Assembly (NCBI GenBank): GCA_965644295.1
Contig: CBFFRP010000297.1
Span: forward strand, 310,001 to 374,000
From: Paraphysomonas bandaiensis
Taxonomy: Eukaryota; Protista; Chrysophyceae
DNA length: 64,000 bases
Direction of reading: 5' to 3'
Part shown: in pieces, positions 1 to 13,024 of the stretch
Position numbering within the stretch: position 1 is the stretch's first letter
Layout of the letters: each line of letters starts with the position of its first letter
Program-made: the position numbers and the translations under genes
The notes under the pieces: model-generated
What the model was told of the DNA's origin: nothing
Databases searched by the model: none
Seen by the model: only the letters and a program-made list of their open reading frames with translations

Positions 1-242
1 CCGCTTTTAAAGCCTCACCAGGGTATGTTAAGAATACTCTCAGGGGAAACGGGTTAGTTGGTGTATGCTTATACAGCGGGATATGGGGATAATACAAGAC
101 TCTGTAGCTTCTCTTTACAAGATCTAACCGAAGCAATTATGGTGAGATTATCTCATACCAACATGCATTGCAACCACTACTCTAGCACACGTTTTCGGAA
201 AGGAGAAGTATGGGCCCATGTACAGTCTATGTTCCATGTGAC

Positions 243-2010
243 CAGGGATGCGTATCAATTAATTGACGCAGGTTGAAGTCAATTATAATTGCAATTATTA
301 CTTTCTGTCACAATTTCAATTATTGCAATTATTTAGTACTAAACTACATTAGCTGCCAATATAGCAACACCACCTGTCATATCATTCCAGAGGCGACGGT
401 TCATGCGTAAAAACCTAAGTAGCTTTAAATGTCGAGGAGTCATACTCTTTCGCATCTGTCATAGCAATCTTAGCTCTACTGAACAACACCTTTCAACCTT
501 ATTGGTTGTGGAATGCAAGTGCTTCATCATGTTTGCTGGTTAAGTGTTGCTCGCTTCCCCTGTAATTGCACGAGCTTAGCATGTTCCATTTCACTGGTAT
601 TAGACTTAACATGTCAGAACCAAACTCCCATGATTGCGAATGATTAGATAGAAGCATGTAACGGTAAATTAAATGTGGAGCCCCTTTTCCTACAGGACAC
701 ACCCGGCACGTAAGATGATTTCTATGGTGATATGGTGATTTGGATGCCAGGGAGATTGATCCAATACCTGTTATCGAAGACGCCGGTGAGTTAGATGAGG
801 ATGATTTCGAGGAACAGGTGGAGGGTATGATCAGAGAAGAGTCTGAGTCAGATCGAGGATCTCTAGAGCAGCTTATGAATATTGATAAGGCAGTGGGAGC
901 AACATGTGGGTGTATAGCTTTTGCATTGTATGGGAATTGTTATCGAGGGAAAGAATATAAACATTTTCAAGGGCATAATGAGGCAGTTGCACGGGAAACT
1001 CGAAAATGGATGCAGAAGAAGTTGTCTCAGATGTCGGCGGATGAGTCCACGGGGCCACGTAAGATTTTGCCCTGGCCTGGGGGGCCATCTTGACAATTAT
1101 CAAAGGCTGATAGTACTCGGAGTTGTGACAAACAGTTTTACGAATTAAATGACTCTGATACTATCAGCCTTTTGTAATTGTCAGGATGGCCCCCCAGGCC
1201 TGGGCAAAATCTTGCGTGGCCCCGTGGACTCATCCGCCGACATCTGAGACAACTTCTTCTGCATCCACTTCCGAGTTTCTCGTGCAACTGCCTCATTATG
1301 CCCTTGAACATGTTTGCATTCTTTTCCTCTATAACAATTCCCATATAATGCAAAGGCTATACACCCACGTGTTGCTCCCACTGCCTTATCGATGTTCATA
1401 AGCTGCTCCACGGATCCTCGATCTGACTCAGACTCTTCTCTGATCATACCGTCCACCTGTCTCTCGAAATCATCCTCATCTGACTCACCGACTTCCTCGA
1501 TAACAGGTATAGAATCAATCTCCCTGGCATCCGAATCACCATAGAAATCATCCTCGACTCGATCCGCAAACTGAACGTTGTTTAGGAATTTCGGTTTCTC
1601 TTTCACTATGTAACCGCAGTCCCGGTTCTTCGAATTCCTCTGCACTTGCTTTCTACTAAAATCGGACCCTTCGTAAGGCACCAATCTAATATTCTTGGAC
1701 GCCTCATAATGCTTACTCGCCTTAGAAACGTACAAGTCTCATTGCTACCTCTTTGTTATTATCATTTATTTTCTCAAAGAACACTCGTGCAATGACTTTT
1801 GGTACCAGCTTATCGCTAATTAATTAAATGAATTATTATGTGAAATAATCCTATGGATATTATAATCATTCACCAATCTTCGATTTTTTATCGTAAAAAT
1901 TGTTTTTTTCAATAAAAATGCTGTTCTTTAATAACGTTTCAGTATAAAAAGGTGGTATTTTTTTACCACTTAATGGCTAGTAAATGGCAATTAATTGAAT
2001 CAAGCTGGAG
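243..2010 (-). mobile_element. Non-autonomous hAT-type element (family A), right end truncated, carrying a retroelement-derived insertion
   Basis: Starts with TIR CAGGGATGCGTATCAATTAATTG; 243-700 and 1737-2010 align with the TSD-flanked copy at 6507-7665; minus strand holds a decayed hAT dimerisation-domain C-terminus. Confidence 0.8.
714..1737. repeat. Inverted duplication of a gag-like retroelement ORF fragment (CCCH-like Zn finger) inserted in the hAT copy
   Basis: Arms ~714-1122 and ~1151-1552 are reverse complements; ORFs 740-1093(+) and 1181-1735(-) encode near-identical peptides including CIAFALYGNCYRGKECKHVQGH; segment absent from the 6507-7665 copy. Confidence 0.8.
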
Positions 2011-2047
2011 TATATCAGGTGTTTTTAAGCGTACTAATCACTTCCTA

Positions 2048-3738
2048 CTAAAAGAGTTGCTGTATATACTGAGAAAAATGCTTCTCACGAATTGCTAGAA
2101 TATTTTCAGTGACGACTTCTTCTACGAATTTGTCTAGAGATGGAGTTTCGTTTATGATATCCATGGCTAGTTGCCAACAGTGTAACGCAATATTAGGATG
2201 CCATGTTGAATGATCCACACCATTGTTGATAAGCGATTCTAAGTCTGTGTGCTCATTGCAATCATTGTGCTTGAGTTCGTTGGCTGTCCAAGTGTCCACC
2301 TCGTTATCAAAACGAGTATAGCTCATGGTAGGCATATCAAAGTACGTCTCATCCGCGTGCAGGTCGGGGTGATTCGTTGGAACCAACTCCGTGTCTCCAA
2401 ACCGCATCTGCAGGTTGGCATAGCGCTCGTATCCGTTGCTTACGGGGATAAAACTTTGTGCTTTGTAGGTCCCCAATAGGAAAGACGATTCAACTTGGCC
2501 TGCATAGCAAAATTAGTTCAAAAAGTGTAAAAACATAGAAACGGACCATTTGCTATCCCAGCTTTATCAAGAAGAACAAATTTGCTCAAATCCAATGACT
2601 CGTTTGACTTGCGGGCCCAGGAGAGAAAAATAGCGACTGTACTCATGTGGGAAGAGCCCGAACCTACTATAGCGTCGCAGTGCGACAGTATATATAGGTC
2701 CTCGATGGACTCTAGCACCACGTCGTACACATCATCGCTCTCATGTGAATCCTCAACTTCCCGCCTAATAGTATTCAGGTGATTGTAAGGGACAGCGCAC
2801 CCAGCCCCAACCATACATCCACCTCTTGCTGCAAACACGTGACTCCCGAACTGTGACCGGAAGCGGTCCGTGGTGACAAAAGACGGCAGTGCATTCTCTT
2901 CTTCTGCATCACAACTTTCCTTATCTTGAGCAAAAGAGTGCAATTCCTTCCACAAGGCTCCCATGCGGGGCAGCTCATCCTCTACCTCGGTGGAATCTGT
3001 GGCGAAAAACACCGTTTTCGGAGGGGGGCCCGGTATGCGCGCTAGTGCAGTTAGGTACTCATCAAATTCAAACACCTGTTTGTTCTGGTATACGTATGAT
3101 AAAGATCGTATGTCACCATGTCGAACATGTGCACAACGCATTGGCTTGGCTCCTGGCAGAGTAGGTAGGCGGACCTTTAAGCGAAACGCATAACGTGCGA
3201 GCATTGCTGGCCACATTACCTTTGCACCATATAGACCTCGTAAGTTCCTCGTAGGAATATAAGCAGCCAAACCACGACGGGGCTGCTGTAGCGCAACTCG
3301 CTCGGAATGGTTGTACCCATTTACTCCCAATCCAAGTTTCTCTGCTGGAGTAACATCGTCAAATGAACATGTCGACAGTGCCTTAAAAAAACACCCATAC
3401 AATCCACCCGACATATTGTCATAACATTTCTTAGCCTTGGCTCGATAAAATAACTCTGGTACAAAACGACCCCACACAAGAGTTCTGTTTGAATGGATAG
3501 CCTCTGCAAGTCCGAGTATTACTAGTTTCAGAATAGATCCAGTTCCCTCGAAGTGTTTTCCATCAGAATGAACAACAAGTAGGCGTCGTGATTGACACTG
3601 TGATGGATGAGGATTTTGGTTTTGATGGATGTAGCTATATATATCTTTAGCTGTACTGCTTGCACTAATTATTTGTCCCTCTAGGACTTGCAATTGCAAT
3701 GATGCAACAATTAGAATTCGTATAAGGTTTGATAGCAT
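2048..3738 (-). CDS. GT23/alpha-1,6-fucosyltransferase (FUT8/NodZ)-like glycosyltransferase, 2 exons
   Basis: N-terminal signal/anchor; motifs CAHVRHGD, VFFATDS, EDLYILSHCDAIVGSGSSHMS; 47-nt GT-AG intron 2500-2546 joins GIANG-QVESSFLLGTYK in frame. Confidence 0.8.
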
Positions 3739-4083
3739 ATTCACTCGTTAGCTGTCCATTATTAGCTTAGTTGAGAAAGAATTGAATATAGTGTGCTGTG
3801 TGTTTGCTTTAATATCCTCCTTAATATACTGTGTTCTGATAAAACCAACGATTTCTATAATTATATGTGGTTGTGATTATAAAAGAGGGTTTTTTGTACA
3901 TCTAATACACAGCAGTATCAGCAGTGTGAGCATATTGTGCTGTTGAGTATATCATGTATGGATGTATGGGTATACCACCATATGGTAGATGACGGCATAC
4001 CACACAGAGATACATACATATATATGTACTCGTTTTATGTTGCTTTCTGTATACAATTCCACGTCATATATACCCTATCAGCA

Positions 4084-5127
4084 ATGTTTATCCCCCTCAT
4101 TTTTCTATCTCTCTGTCCCACCCTTGTCTCCTCCACCACAGGTACAGTGGTTGTATCTTCTGGCAACACTCTAAAGGTTCATAGTGAGCCCAACACAGCA
4201 GCTAACACTCTGTACAGTCTATCTAATGGAGCCACCTTCACTACCTCCTGCTACACCATAGGTAACACTGTAACAGGGAGTCAAGGAACGACTGATAAGT
4301 GGGATCAAATAAACTCAGATACTTATGGAGTGGGGTATGCCTCACAGGCGTATATAGCTCTAAGTGGGTCACTGCCTCAGTGTTCTAGTGGCGATCAGTA
4401 CACGGGTGAGGTAGTTGTATCTTCTGGAAATACGCTTAAGGTTCATAGTAGCCCGACCACATCTAGCTCTACTCTATATAGCCTCGACAATGGGGCTATA
4501 GTCCCACTCACGTGTGTCACTTCTGGTGATACAATAAGTGGAAGTCAAGGCACTACAGATGAGTGGTTCCAAATAGATTCTACGGGATACTCAACAGCTG
4601 CATATCTCAAGCGATCGGGTACTCCTGCTGACTGCTCATCTGTCCCTCCATCGAATTCAACATTCCAGATGGCTCTCGATTATGGTATGAAAAATATCGG
4701 AACCCTTTACGTGGGATGTGCCGGTGGTGATTACCGATTTGGAAAGGTGGCGCCGTATGACATGTGGCATGACGGCACGACATGTGGTCAGTCTCGGGTA
4801 TATTTTCAACCGGAGGGATCAGTTGGCTTTGATTGCTCTGGACTTATGGTCGAGATGTTTGATGCCGCTGGTATATACTTACCCTACCAGTCGTCCACTG
4901 CCATAAAAGATAATGTCCCTGAAGTATCCAAAAGCAGCATTCAAAATGGTGATATGCTAGCTAAATATGGCCATGTGGTAATGTGGATTGGAAACAACCA
5001 AGTTATGGAATCCACTCCCTTTACTCAAAACGGGGATACAAGTTGGACAGGTACACGAATTAACTCCGATTCATCATACATGAGCAGTGCCGATTACAGT
5101 GCTCATCGCTACCCAGGCCTCTATTAA
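4084..5127 (+). CDS. Secreted NlpC/P60 peptidoglycan endopeptidase with two bacterial SH3-like repeats
   Basis: Signal peptide MFIPLIFLSLCPTLVSS; two repeats GxVVVSSGNTLKVHS..LYSLxNGA..C...G..GSQGTTD.W.QI; catalytic GFDCSGL and GHVVMWIG motifs; intronless. Confidence 0.9.
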   Translation: MFIPLIFLSLCPTLVSSTTGTVVVSSGNTLKVHSEPNTAANTLYSLSNGATFTTSCYTIGNTVTGSQGTTDKWDQINSDTYGVGYASQAYIALSGSLPQCSSGDQYTGEVVVSSGNTLKVHSSPTTSSSTLYSLDNGAIVPLTCVTSGDTISGSQGTTDEWFQIDSTGYSTAAYLKRSGTPADCSSVPPSNSTFQMALDYGMKNIGTLYVGCAGGDYRFGKVAPYDMWHDGTTCGQSRVYFQPEGSVGFDCSGLMVEMFDAAGIYLPYQSSTAIKDNVPEVSKSSIQNGDMLAKYGHVVMWIGNNQVMESTPFTQNGDTSWTGTRINSDSSYMSSADYSAHRYPGLY

Positions 5128-5559
5128 GATCCAATATTAACAACGGAGATAAGATTTCTATTATGATAATTATGTAATACAGTTATTTATGTGTTTAATA
5201 AGACAGATTGGAAGGGGTGGACTGAGTGCATTCTATGCATTACAGCTTGATATATTTTATCGTGGTCTGCTTCTTTTCAACCTGCTCTGCATCCCCTTCT
5301 TTCCAATGTTGTTAACGTCCTTCAAGCACTCAGAGTAGGTTTGCACGTATGAAGTACAGTATTGTTGGAATTGCTATGCATCTTATGTATAATAAGAAAG
5401 TGGAATTTGTTACCCCTGTAGCGGCACTGTGTCACTTGTAGTGAAGATCGTTAGGTCAAGTCGTATGGAGCACTTCAACAACTGTTCAAGAGAAAAAAGT
5501 GCGACATGTGCACATTTTTGGTCATACATCGACAACTTGTAGGGACAGTGTTCTGTGTT

Positions 5560-7764
5560 CAGGGCTGCGAAACAATTAATATTTCAGATTTAAGCTTAGA
5601 AATAGCAAGAAGAAGAATGCTGTGATTATTAGAATGTAAAGTGATGAACACAGTTATGTAGAAAAGTGAACAATAATGCAAAACATAACTATCACACACA
5701 GCGGAATAGTTAGACTATAACTGATAACGACGTTCAAGTATCTTCAATAGATGATACAATCATTAATTCAGTGCATGATATATTTCATTGAACATTATAT
5801 TTTATATTTTACATATAATACTATCTTATATAAAGATGATTTTTGTGCAATTTAATTGCAATCATTAGTTATAGCTCGCGCAATTATAATAGAAACTTAA
5901 TTGCCTATTATTGTCTAATTAAACTAGCTACTCATTACTGTTTACTGTACATGCACAAATAGCGTTTTCAAATGTACTCTAGCATTCCACAGAAGTCTAT
6001 TAAAGCGCAAGAACATACGGCTCTCTAATTGATGAGGTGCCATGGATTGGATACTTTCTCTACTGTAGAACATTTCTACACAACAATTAGTAGTGGAGTA
6101 AATATGCTTCAAGCAGCGGTAGTTAGTTGGTTTCTTGGTACGCTTGGTGTCTTCTGGTCAGTGAGTCGACACCATCATCTTCTATTTCCTCTTCTTCAAT
6201 AGTTCTTTCCTACAAAAAACGTTTGAGCTGCATCTACTCAGGTCGAGTGAGAGTGTCCTCCAATCCGCTTTAAACATTCATAACAGTTTTTTAGAAGGTC
6301 TGATTCATAATTATGTCCGCATCCTTTCCTCTCAAATCGACCGTACAAAGAAACAGAACCTCTCAAAATGAGAGGCCAACTTTCCCACCACTTTAATAGC
6401 TATTATAATTACCATATTAAGGGTGATAACCATTAGTAGGGGTGATAAATGACCATCGTCCTTCATGTTTTCTAAGCTCTAATTCTACTGTTATGTCCCT
6501 ACACTACAGGAGGGCTGCGTATCAATTAATTGTCAATTAATTGACGCAGGTTGTAGTCAATTATAATTGCAATTATTATTACTTGCTGTCTCAATTTCAA
6601 CTATTGCAATTAACTGCAATTAACTGCGATTATTTAGTACTAAAATACACTAGCTGCGAATATATAGCTACATCAACTGTCATTTCATTCCAGAGGCAAC
6701 GATTCATGCGTAAAAAACATAATTAGCACTAAATGTTGAGCAGTCAAGCTCTTGCGCAAGCCCGTCATAACAATCGTAGCTCTACTGAACAACCTCTCAA
6801 CCTTATTGGTTGTGGTATGCAAGTGTTTCATCCGTAACGCGTTTGCTGGTTAAGTCTTGCTTTCTTCCGCTGCCTGCTGCCATCAAACAAACTTTGTGCT
6901 GCGTCGTCATTCGGAGCTAGACTCGCACCGTCATAATCTTCTCCTTCCTTATCGAACAAATATATTTTAGTTTGATCCTTTGCCGTCTGAGTTACGGCTT
7001 TTTGCTACATTGAATCTTCACGACTGCCTTTTCGAAAGCAGCTCAACAATCGGGTACATTATGAAGGGTTCGTCAATCAATGTACAAACGTCGTGGAGGT
7101 CAACAAGCTGGTGTTAACCTTATTTCTGTAATTGTACTACACTTAATTATATAATACAGGACATAAAATACATATAATATATACTCTGTATATAGGTGGA
7201 TAGTGCTACAATTAGACTTTTAACAAGTCGGAACCAAACTCGAATGATTGCATATGATTAGATAGAAGCAAGTAGCGACCAATCACGGAAAATGTGGAGC
7301 CCCTTTTCCTGCAGGACAAATCTCTATTGCAGCCTCTTCGTTGTTATTATCATTATTTACTTTCTCAAATAACACTCGTGCAATGACTTCTGGTGCCAGT
7401 TTGTCGCTCCTATCGCTAATTAATTAAATGAATTATTATGTGAGATAATCCTACGCATATTATAGTCTTTCACCAATCTTCGATTTTTATCCTAAAAATT
7501 GTTTTTTCACAAAAATGCCGTTTTTTAACAACTTTTTAGCATAAAAAGGTGTTTTTTTTTAATTGCAATTAATTGACTATTAATTGAAGCTAGCTGGAGT
7601 CAATTATAATTCCAATAATGAATCGATGTCCTAATTAATTGACAATTAATTGTTAGGCAGCCCTGCTACACTATAATCGCCAATTAAAATTGTAACCTTC
7701 CAGCGAACAATTAAAATGCAATTATTACATAAATTCCATGCAATTTAATCGTTACGCATCCCTG
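5560..7764 (-). mobile_element. Degenerate hAT element (outer), hosting a nested hAT copy
   Basis: Ends CAGGGCTGCGAAAC and GTTACGCATCCCTG; minus strand ~5970-6050 reads QSMAPHQLESRMFLRFNRLLWNARV (hAT C-terminus); no clean TSD. Confidence 0.65.
6507..7665 (-). mobile_element. Non-autonomous hAT element (family A) with 8-bp TSD
   Basis: TIRs (C)AGGGCTGCGTATCAATTAATTGTCAATTAATT and AATTAATTGACAATTAATTGTTAGGCAGCCCTG; TSD CTACACTA at 6499-6506 and 7666-7673; transposase remnant. Confidence 0.9.
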
Positions 7765-7922
7765 GAACACATACCATACACAGCTCTATTCTGTTTGATT
7801 ATTAAAAGTTAAAAAGATTAATGCGTGTAATAAAATAGTAGCAGCTCTATCAGAATGCCCACACCCATCCCACTTATTATTAATTTTCATGAAATATAAA
7901 CAGATATACAATCAATATTAAA

Positions 7923-10900
7923 TTATGCCACGACAACGATATCTACGACTACGTGGATCCATCGTAGCGAACTGTATAATACGGATTGTAGTATGAGCAA
8001 TCACCCCTAAAAGTGAAACGTTAAAAAGGCAATGTCCACAGAAACTTCACAGTACCTTTCACCCGGAGATGTCAGTGTCCCGTCACTAGAAGAGTATCCC
8101 TCCATACACTGACACCGTCCTGTATCTTGATCACAGAGCCCCATTGCAGAACATTCCACATCAACTTTCGTTCCTGTATACGTCGTCACAAAGGAAATTA
8201 AAATAACTGAAAAAAACAGACCTGCACGCAACTCTGTTACGTTCGCTAGAAACCTCCCAAAATGATTATTCATTGTATGGTCCAAAACAGTGCTATTAAG
8301 AACCAGCAATGGGAGATCACCAAATTCCGATTTAAACTCAATTGTCACATTCGAACTTTCACATATCGTAGTTTCTGGCCCAATGATAGTAACTTCAACG
8401 TCATTTATACTGCGTGAACAACATTAGCACAACATATTTCACAAAATACAGCATACGTGTAAAGCTCCTCCAAATACGACTCTAAATCACTTGCGTTAGC
8501 AGTATACGGAATCGCACGAGTTGTATTTCCTCTGAAGGTTAATTGAAAGGTTCCATTGTTAGCATCACACTGAAACATTTGTATCTCGTTATCCGCTGAA
8601 CATTCGAAATTCAGATATTAGAACACACGATAGTAATATAATCGACGAAAATATCCAGAGCCCAAGTCATAAGAAGTTACATTATGGTACCTATTCTCGA
8701 AGATATTAAAGTTGGATCAAGTCCTGTTGGGCACGCCGCATGCAAACAATCATACCCAATCCAGTCAGTAGCAGCAAACGCGGTCGGGCCACTGCCAAAA
8801 CGCAATTCACTTCTATTAACAACTATGAAACTTAGTTCAATATAGATACCGATAAAATTTAGTTTGGTTGTAGTTATTATCTAGTCGATTCTTGGTGAAA
8901 TGTCCAAATGGATAATAGTCGGCCGAATACTGGTTGTCGACAGTCCAAGATCGATAGCAGGAACATCCACGCACCATACTATTTAAATGTTTTATACAAT
9001 GAAAACAAGAATAACATGCACGTACTCAGCGTCCCATGGGGTATTATAAACCACGCCAGTAAGCTCTTTATTTTCCCCGTATGTCAAGTCTGCAACCTCC
9101 CTCAGAGATAGACATTGACCATTACCCCTACATTACGAAATAATGTTCGAAATAAGTAGAAATAATATTCGTCGCACCCGCACGAAACACCGTTGCTATC
9201 TTCATAACACGATAAGTATTGGCATGCGTCTCCCGAAAATACATTCCAATCCCCTCCACATTTTCTAAAAGGTACAAATATCAAGATTTTCTCAGAGATA
9301 TCAATCACATACTCGCATAATCCCGTCACGTAATTGCACTGCCCTACACCAGCGCAAGTAGCGTTACCAGAGTGCCTGAATTCAACACTTCCAAACCATG
9401 CGTTGGCTACTGGGCATGTTTTCTTCAAACAACCAGCACCCTCTAAAAGTAGGAAAATTACAACTTACTTGAGACCCGGAAAACTTACCATAACCGTCGT
9501 CACATGTGCATGTGCCTAGATGAAAATTACATGTCCCATGTCCACTACAAAACAGTTTCGTCGAGTTGATGCCATTATATTCGTAGGGACAGCCAGTAAT
9601 AACCTCCGTTCCGTTGACATTTTGCGTGGTATTGGTTGAAAACTGATAACCACAATCTCCTCGTGTACCAACTTCACCAAAGCCGTTAGATGACCCGTAC
9701 CCAGCAAAACACTGGCATGCTCCAGAGATGTAATTACAAGACCCATGGTCTGAACACTCGACATATTCTCGAGTCCCCAAAACCGATGACACAGCGGGAT
9801 TTACCACACTCGAATCACCATCTACAAAGACACTAGCTGTGGCTTCAAATGTGCTACCCTGAACGATTTCCACAGCAGGATAATCCCCCTGGGGAAGCTT
9901 GAATCGAAGCTGCAAAAAATCAGCACAAAAAATGTTAAGGCAATAAAATAAAATAAAAACGCTCTGCGCAAAAAGATGACGTAAAAATAATACGTACAAC
10001 TCATTATAGGTGTAAATAATATACAAAAACATGTCATGATTATGATAAGACAATAGCGTACCAGTGTCGTAGACCCGTCTTTTCTACAGAATCTCTCTCC
10101 AATGATATCCACAGCCACGTCGTCCACAGATGACAGTTGCTATCAAAGCGACAATGTAAGCTACACGGCCAAACAAAAATGGTGCAATACATTTCATGCA
10201 AAATGATGTGTTTCAGCTAACCTGAATCCTGTACTTTATAACTTCTTCGGTGATATTTAAAGGCATGCTCTGTGTTTTCAGCCCTCGAACAGACAATTGG
10301 AACGTTCCCTGGCAATCGAAGTCCGTGCATGTACAGTCAATCAATTGTACCTCATCAACTCCGGGAGTAGAAGGATTATCACCCTTAGGACAAGAGCGGC
10401 GGGCACATGTACTCCCTTCCCATCCGCTATTACAGTCACAACCGTAAACCATATCCGCATCCCAGTCCGCATAAACGGTCGCATTGGTAAATTCCTCATA
10501 ATCAACGTAGTTGGAGATAGTGCGTAGAGACACGCATCTCCCATGTCCGCTGCATGGTTTCTTTCCCCCTTTCGTGGCCGTGCCAAGAGGACATGCCACT
10601 GAGCAAAAAATAATTTAGGACAAAACACATACATAGAAGCATAGTCACTGCCATTGACAGTAACTAAAATATGTATAACTCCAAAAAGGATAAAAGTTAT
10701 AACATAAAAAATACCGGATCTATAAAAGAAACAAAAGAAATGAAAAACTTACGTTGATCACAGGCAGCCCCAGAGAAGCCCCGTCTACATTCACACTCAC
10801 CAGTTTTGCGATTACACACACCCTATTCATTGTTAAACACTCAGTGGTACATAAATCCAAAAAAATACCATATTAGAGCACTCTGTAAATTCTGCATGTG

Positions 10901-11135
10901 CCATATTATCAGCATATGGGTGATCAAACCAAGCTACACCAGCCGGACACAGTCTCTGAGAGCAGTCGACTCCATGATATCCAGGGAAACACTTGCACAG
11001 TCCAGCTTCCTCTGCCAAACATGAGCCCTTCCCGTTGCAATTATTCGGGCACTCTCCATTAACTAAAACACCACTCCATATAGTGGATATAAGCACCACA
11101 ATAGACAACACAGAAGTAAATGTCCTTCTATCCAT
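7923..11135 (-). CDS. Multi-exon secreted EGF-repeat protein, Sig1/Ocm1 (tubular mastigoneme-related)-like
   Basis: Signal peptide, CPNNCNGKGSC, ECSNMG, CSGHGRC, WDADMVYGCDC, SCPKGDNP, EVQLIDC modules repeated twice; many short introns; hydrophobic C-terminal tail. Confidence 0.8.
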
Positions 11136-11680
11136 GTGCAGTGTTTTCCTATAGCTATCAGAATCACCTACACCCTCTCCTCAACAGCCACTATATCATA
11201 TACTACAACACCAAGAATTAAAACCAATACGCTTCTCCCCAACAATAATAATAATGCTCAACTGATAGCTATGTAGATGCCATTTCTCTATGACACAATC
11301 GTTTCGAGAATTCATCTTTTTTAAGTTTACGGAGTATTTTTTAACAAAACTACGAGTTTTTTCCTAAGAATGCTAGTTTTAGAGTTACGGTAAATGTCCT
11401 TCGTAGTTGTGTGCACCACATTCGTTGCTTTGTCTGCCTGGACAAAAAAAGAACACACATGTGCGATGTCACATGGTGGTATACCTGGTATACAGTACAT
11501 ACAGTTGGGTGACTCTCCGTGCAAGAGGTGATGCATATAAACGTTCACACACTCCCCAACACAGCAGATGTATATATTATATGCCCATTGCTAGATACAC
11601 ATCATAACAAAAACACGTTTATTCAACACTCCGTTCCTCCTCTGTGTTCATAGAGGTCATTAATCATACATAATCACATA

Positions 11681-13024
11681 ATGGTAATATATATTCCTAT
11701 CAATCTATTCATGATTTATTATGCATATAGGGAAATTTGTTGGATAATCCGAAGACAGAGAAAGTAGACTGTGAGAAGTTTACCTCACAGACAGGCTTAG
11801 AGGTCGGAGCCTGTGGTATGCAGGGATGGAGGCTGGAGATGGAGGTATACTATATAATTTTATCTCTATATGGGTTGATTTGATGATAGGATTCGCATAT
11901 TGTATGTGATATGCCATCTATGCCGAATCATCTGTTTGTTGCTGTGTTTGACGGGCATGGTGGCTCAGGGGCAGCTATATATGCTGCCCAAAACCTTGTT
12001 AACTTCATTCAAAATACGCGTCAGTGGAAACAATACGTGGATGAAGGACAGGATAATGTTGCACTAGTTGGGGAGGCTTTGCAACAGGCGTTCTTGGACA
12101 TTGATGTGGCTCTCCGGACTCATCAGGCTTCGTCTCCTGATAGTTCTGGGTGCACGGCTGTCACAGCTATGGTTACACCAAACCATATCATATGTGCAAA
12201 TTCGGGCGATTCTCGTTGTGTGTTGGGTACCAACCTACAGACCCGCCCTTTGTCGGAGGACCACAAGCCCTATGACGAAGGTGAACGTAAACGGATCGAG
12301 GCCGCAGGCGGGTGCGTACAGTGGAAACGTGTTGATGGAGACCTCGCGGTATCTCGCGCCTATGGCGACTTTCAATATAAAAACCGGCCTGATCTTCCAG
12401 CGAAAGAACAGAAGGTATGTGTGTCCATATTTTGTCTTATTCAATGTGCAGTTTTTCAGTTTGATTAATTAAATCGTATTAATACGTATTAATTAAAATC
12501 GTGTTTTCTTTGCTGCTCCGTGTAGGTGACGTGCTATCCTGATATATTGGTTCACGAACGATCGCCTCGCGATGATATTCTCCTTCTTGGTTGCGATGGG
12601 GTGTGGGATGTGCTCTCCAGTCAAGACGGCATTAACTTAGTCCGCGAAATATTTAATAGCGGCGAAACTGATATGCTTCTGGTAGCTGAAGAAGTAGTGG
12701 ATATTTCACTCCAGAAAGGTACTATTATGTTAAGATAATCCTATAATGTGTTTGTAGCTTTCATTTTTGCAGTATTCTATTTTCAGTGTCATATTCACCA
12801 ATACTTATTGTTGTACTAATTCCACTACCCATCCTATCAAACTGACGTATATAATTGGTATCATCGAACCTACAGGATCAAGAGACAATATCAGTGCTGT
12901 GGTGGTAAAATTACCGGGGGCTAAACTTGGTAATGCCAACGGTGGTGGGGTTATGGCCCGACGCGCTGAGAGGGCCGAACAAGAGAAGGCCAATGAATCG
13001 AACGCAAATGAAAGCAACAAGTGA
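11681..13024 (+). CDS. Protein phosphatase 2C (PPM1A/B-like)
   Basis: Spliced M-GNLLDNPKTEK, MQGWRLEMEDSH, VFDGHGG, NSGDSR, LAVSRAYGD, LGCDGVWD, GSRDN motifs; first coding exon is only the ATG (intron 11684-11730). Confidence 0.95.

Noticed and set aside
3937-4083. N-terminal extension of the NlpC/P60 ORF from GTG at 3937
   Set aside because: Non-ATG start in a eukaryote; the signal peptide begins at ATG 4084.
243-7764. Composite hAT macro-transposon carrying the GT23 and NlpC/P60 genes (CAGGGATGCGTA at 243 pairs perfectly with TACGCATCCCTG at 7764)
   Set aside because: Flanks CATGTGAC and GAACACAT are not a direct 8-bp TSD; the ends are better explained as separate insertions.
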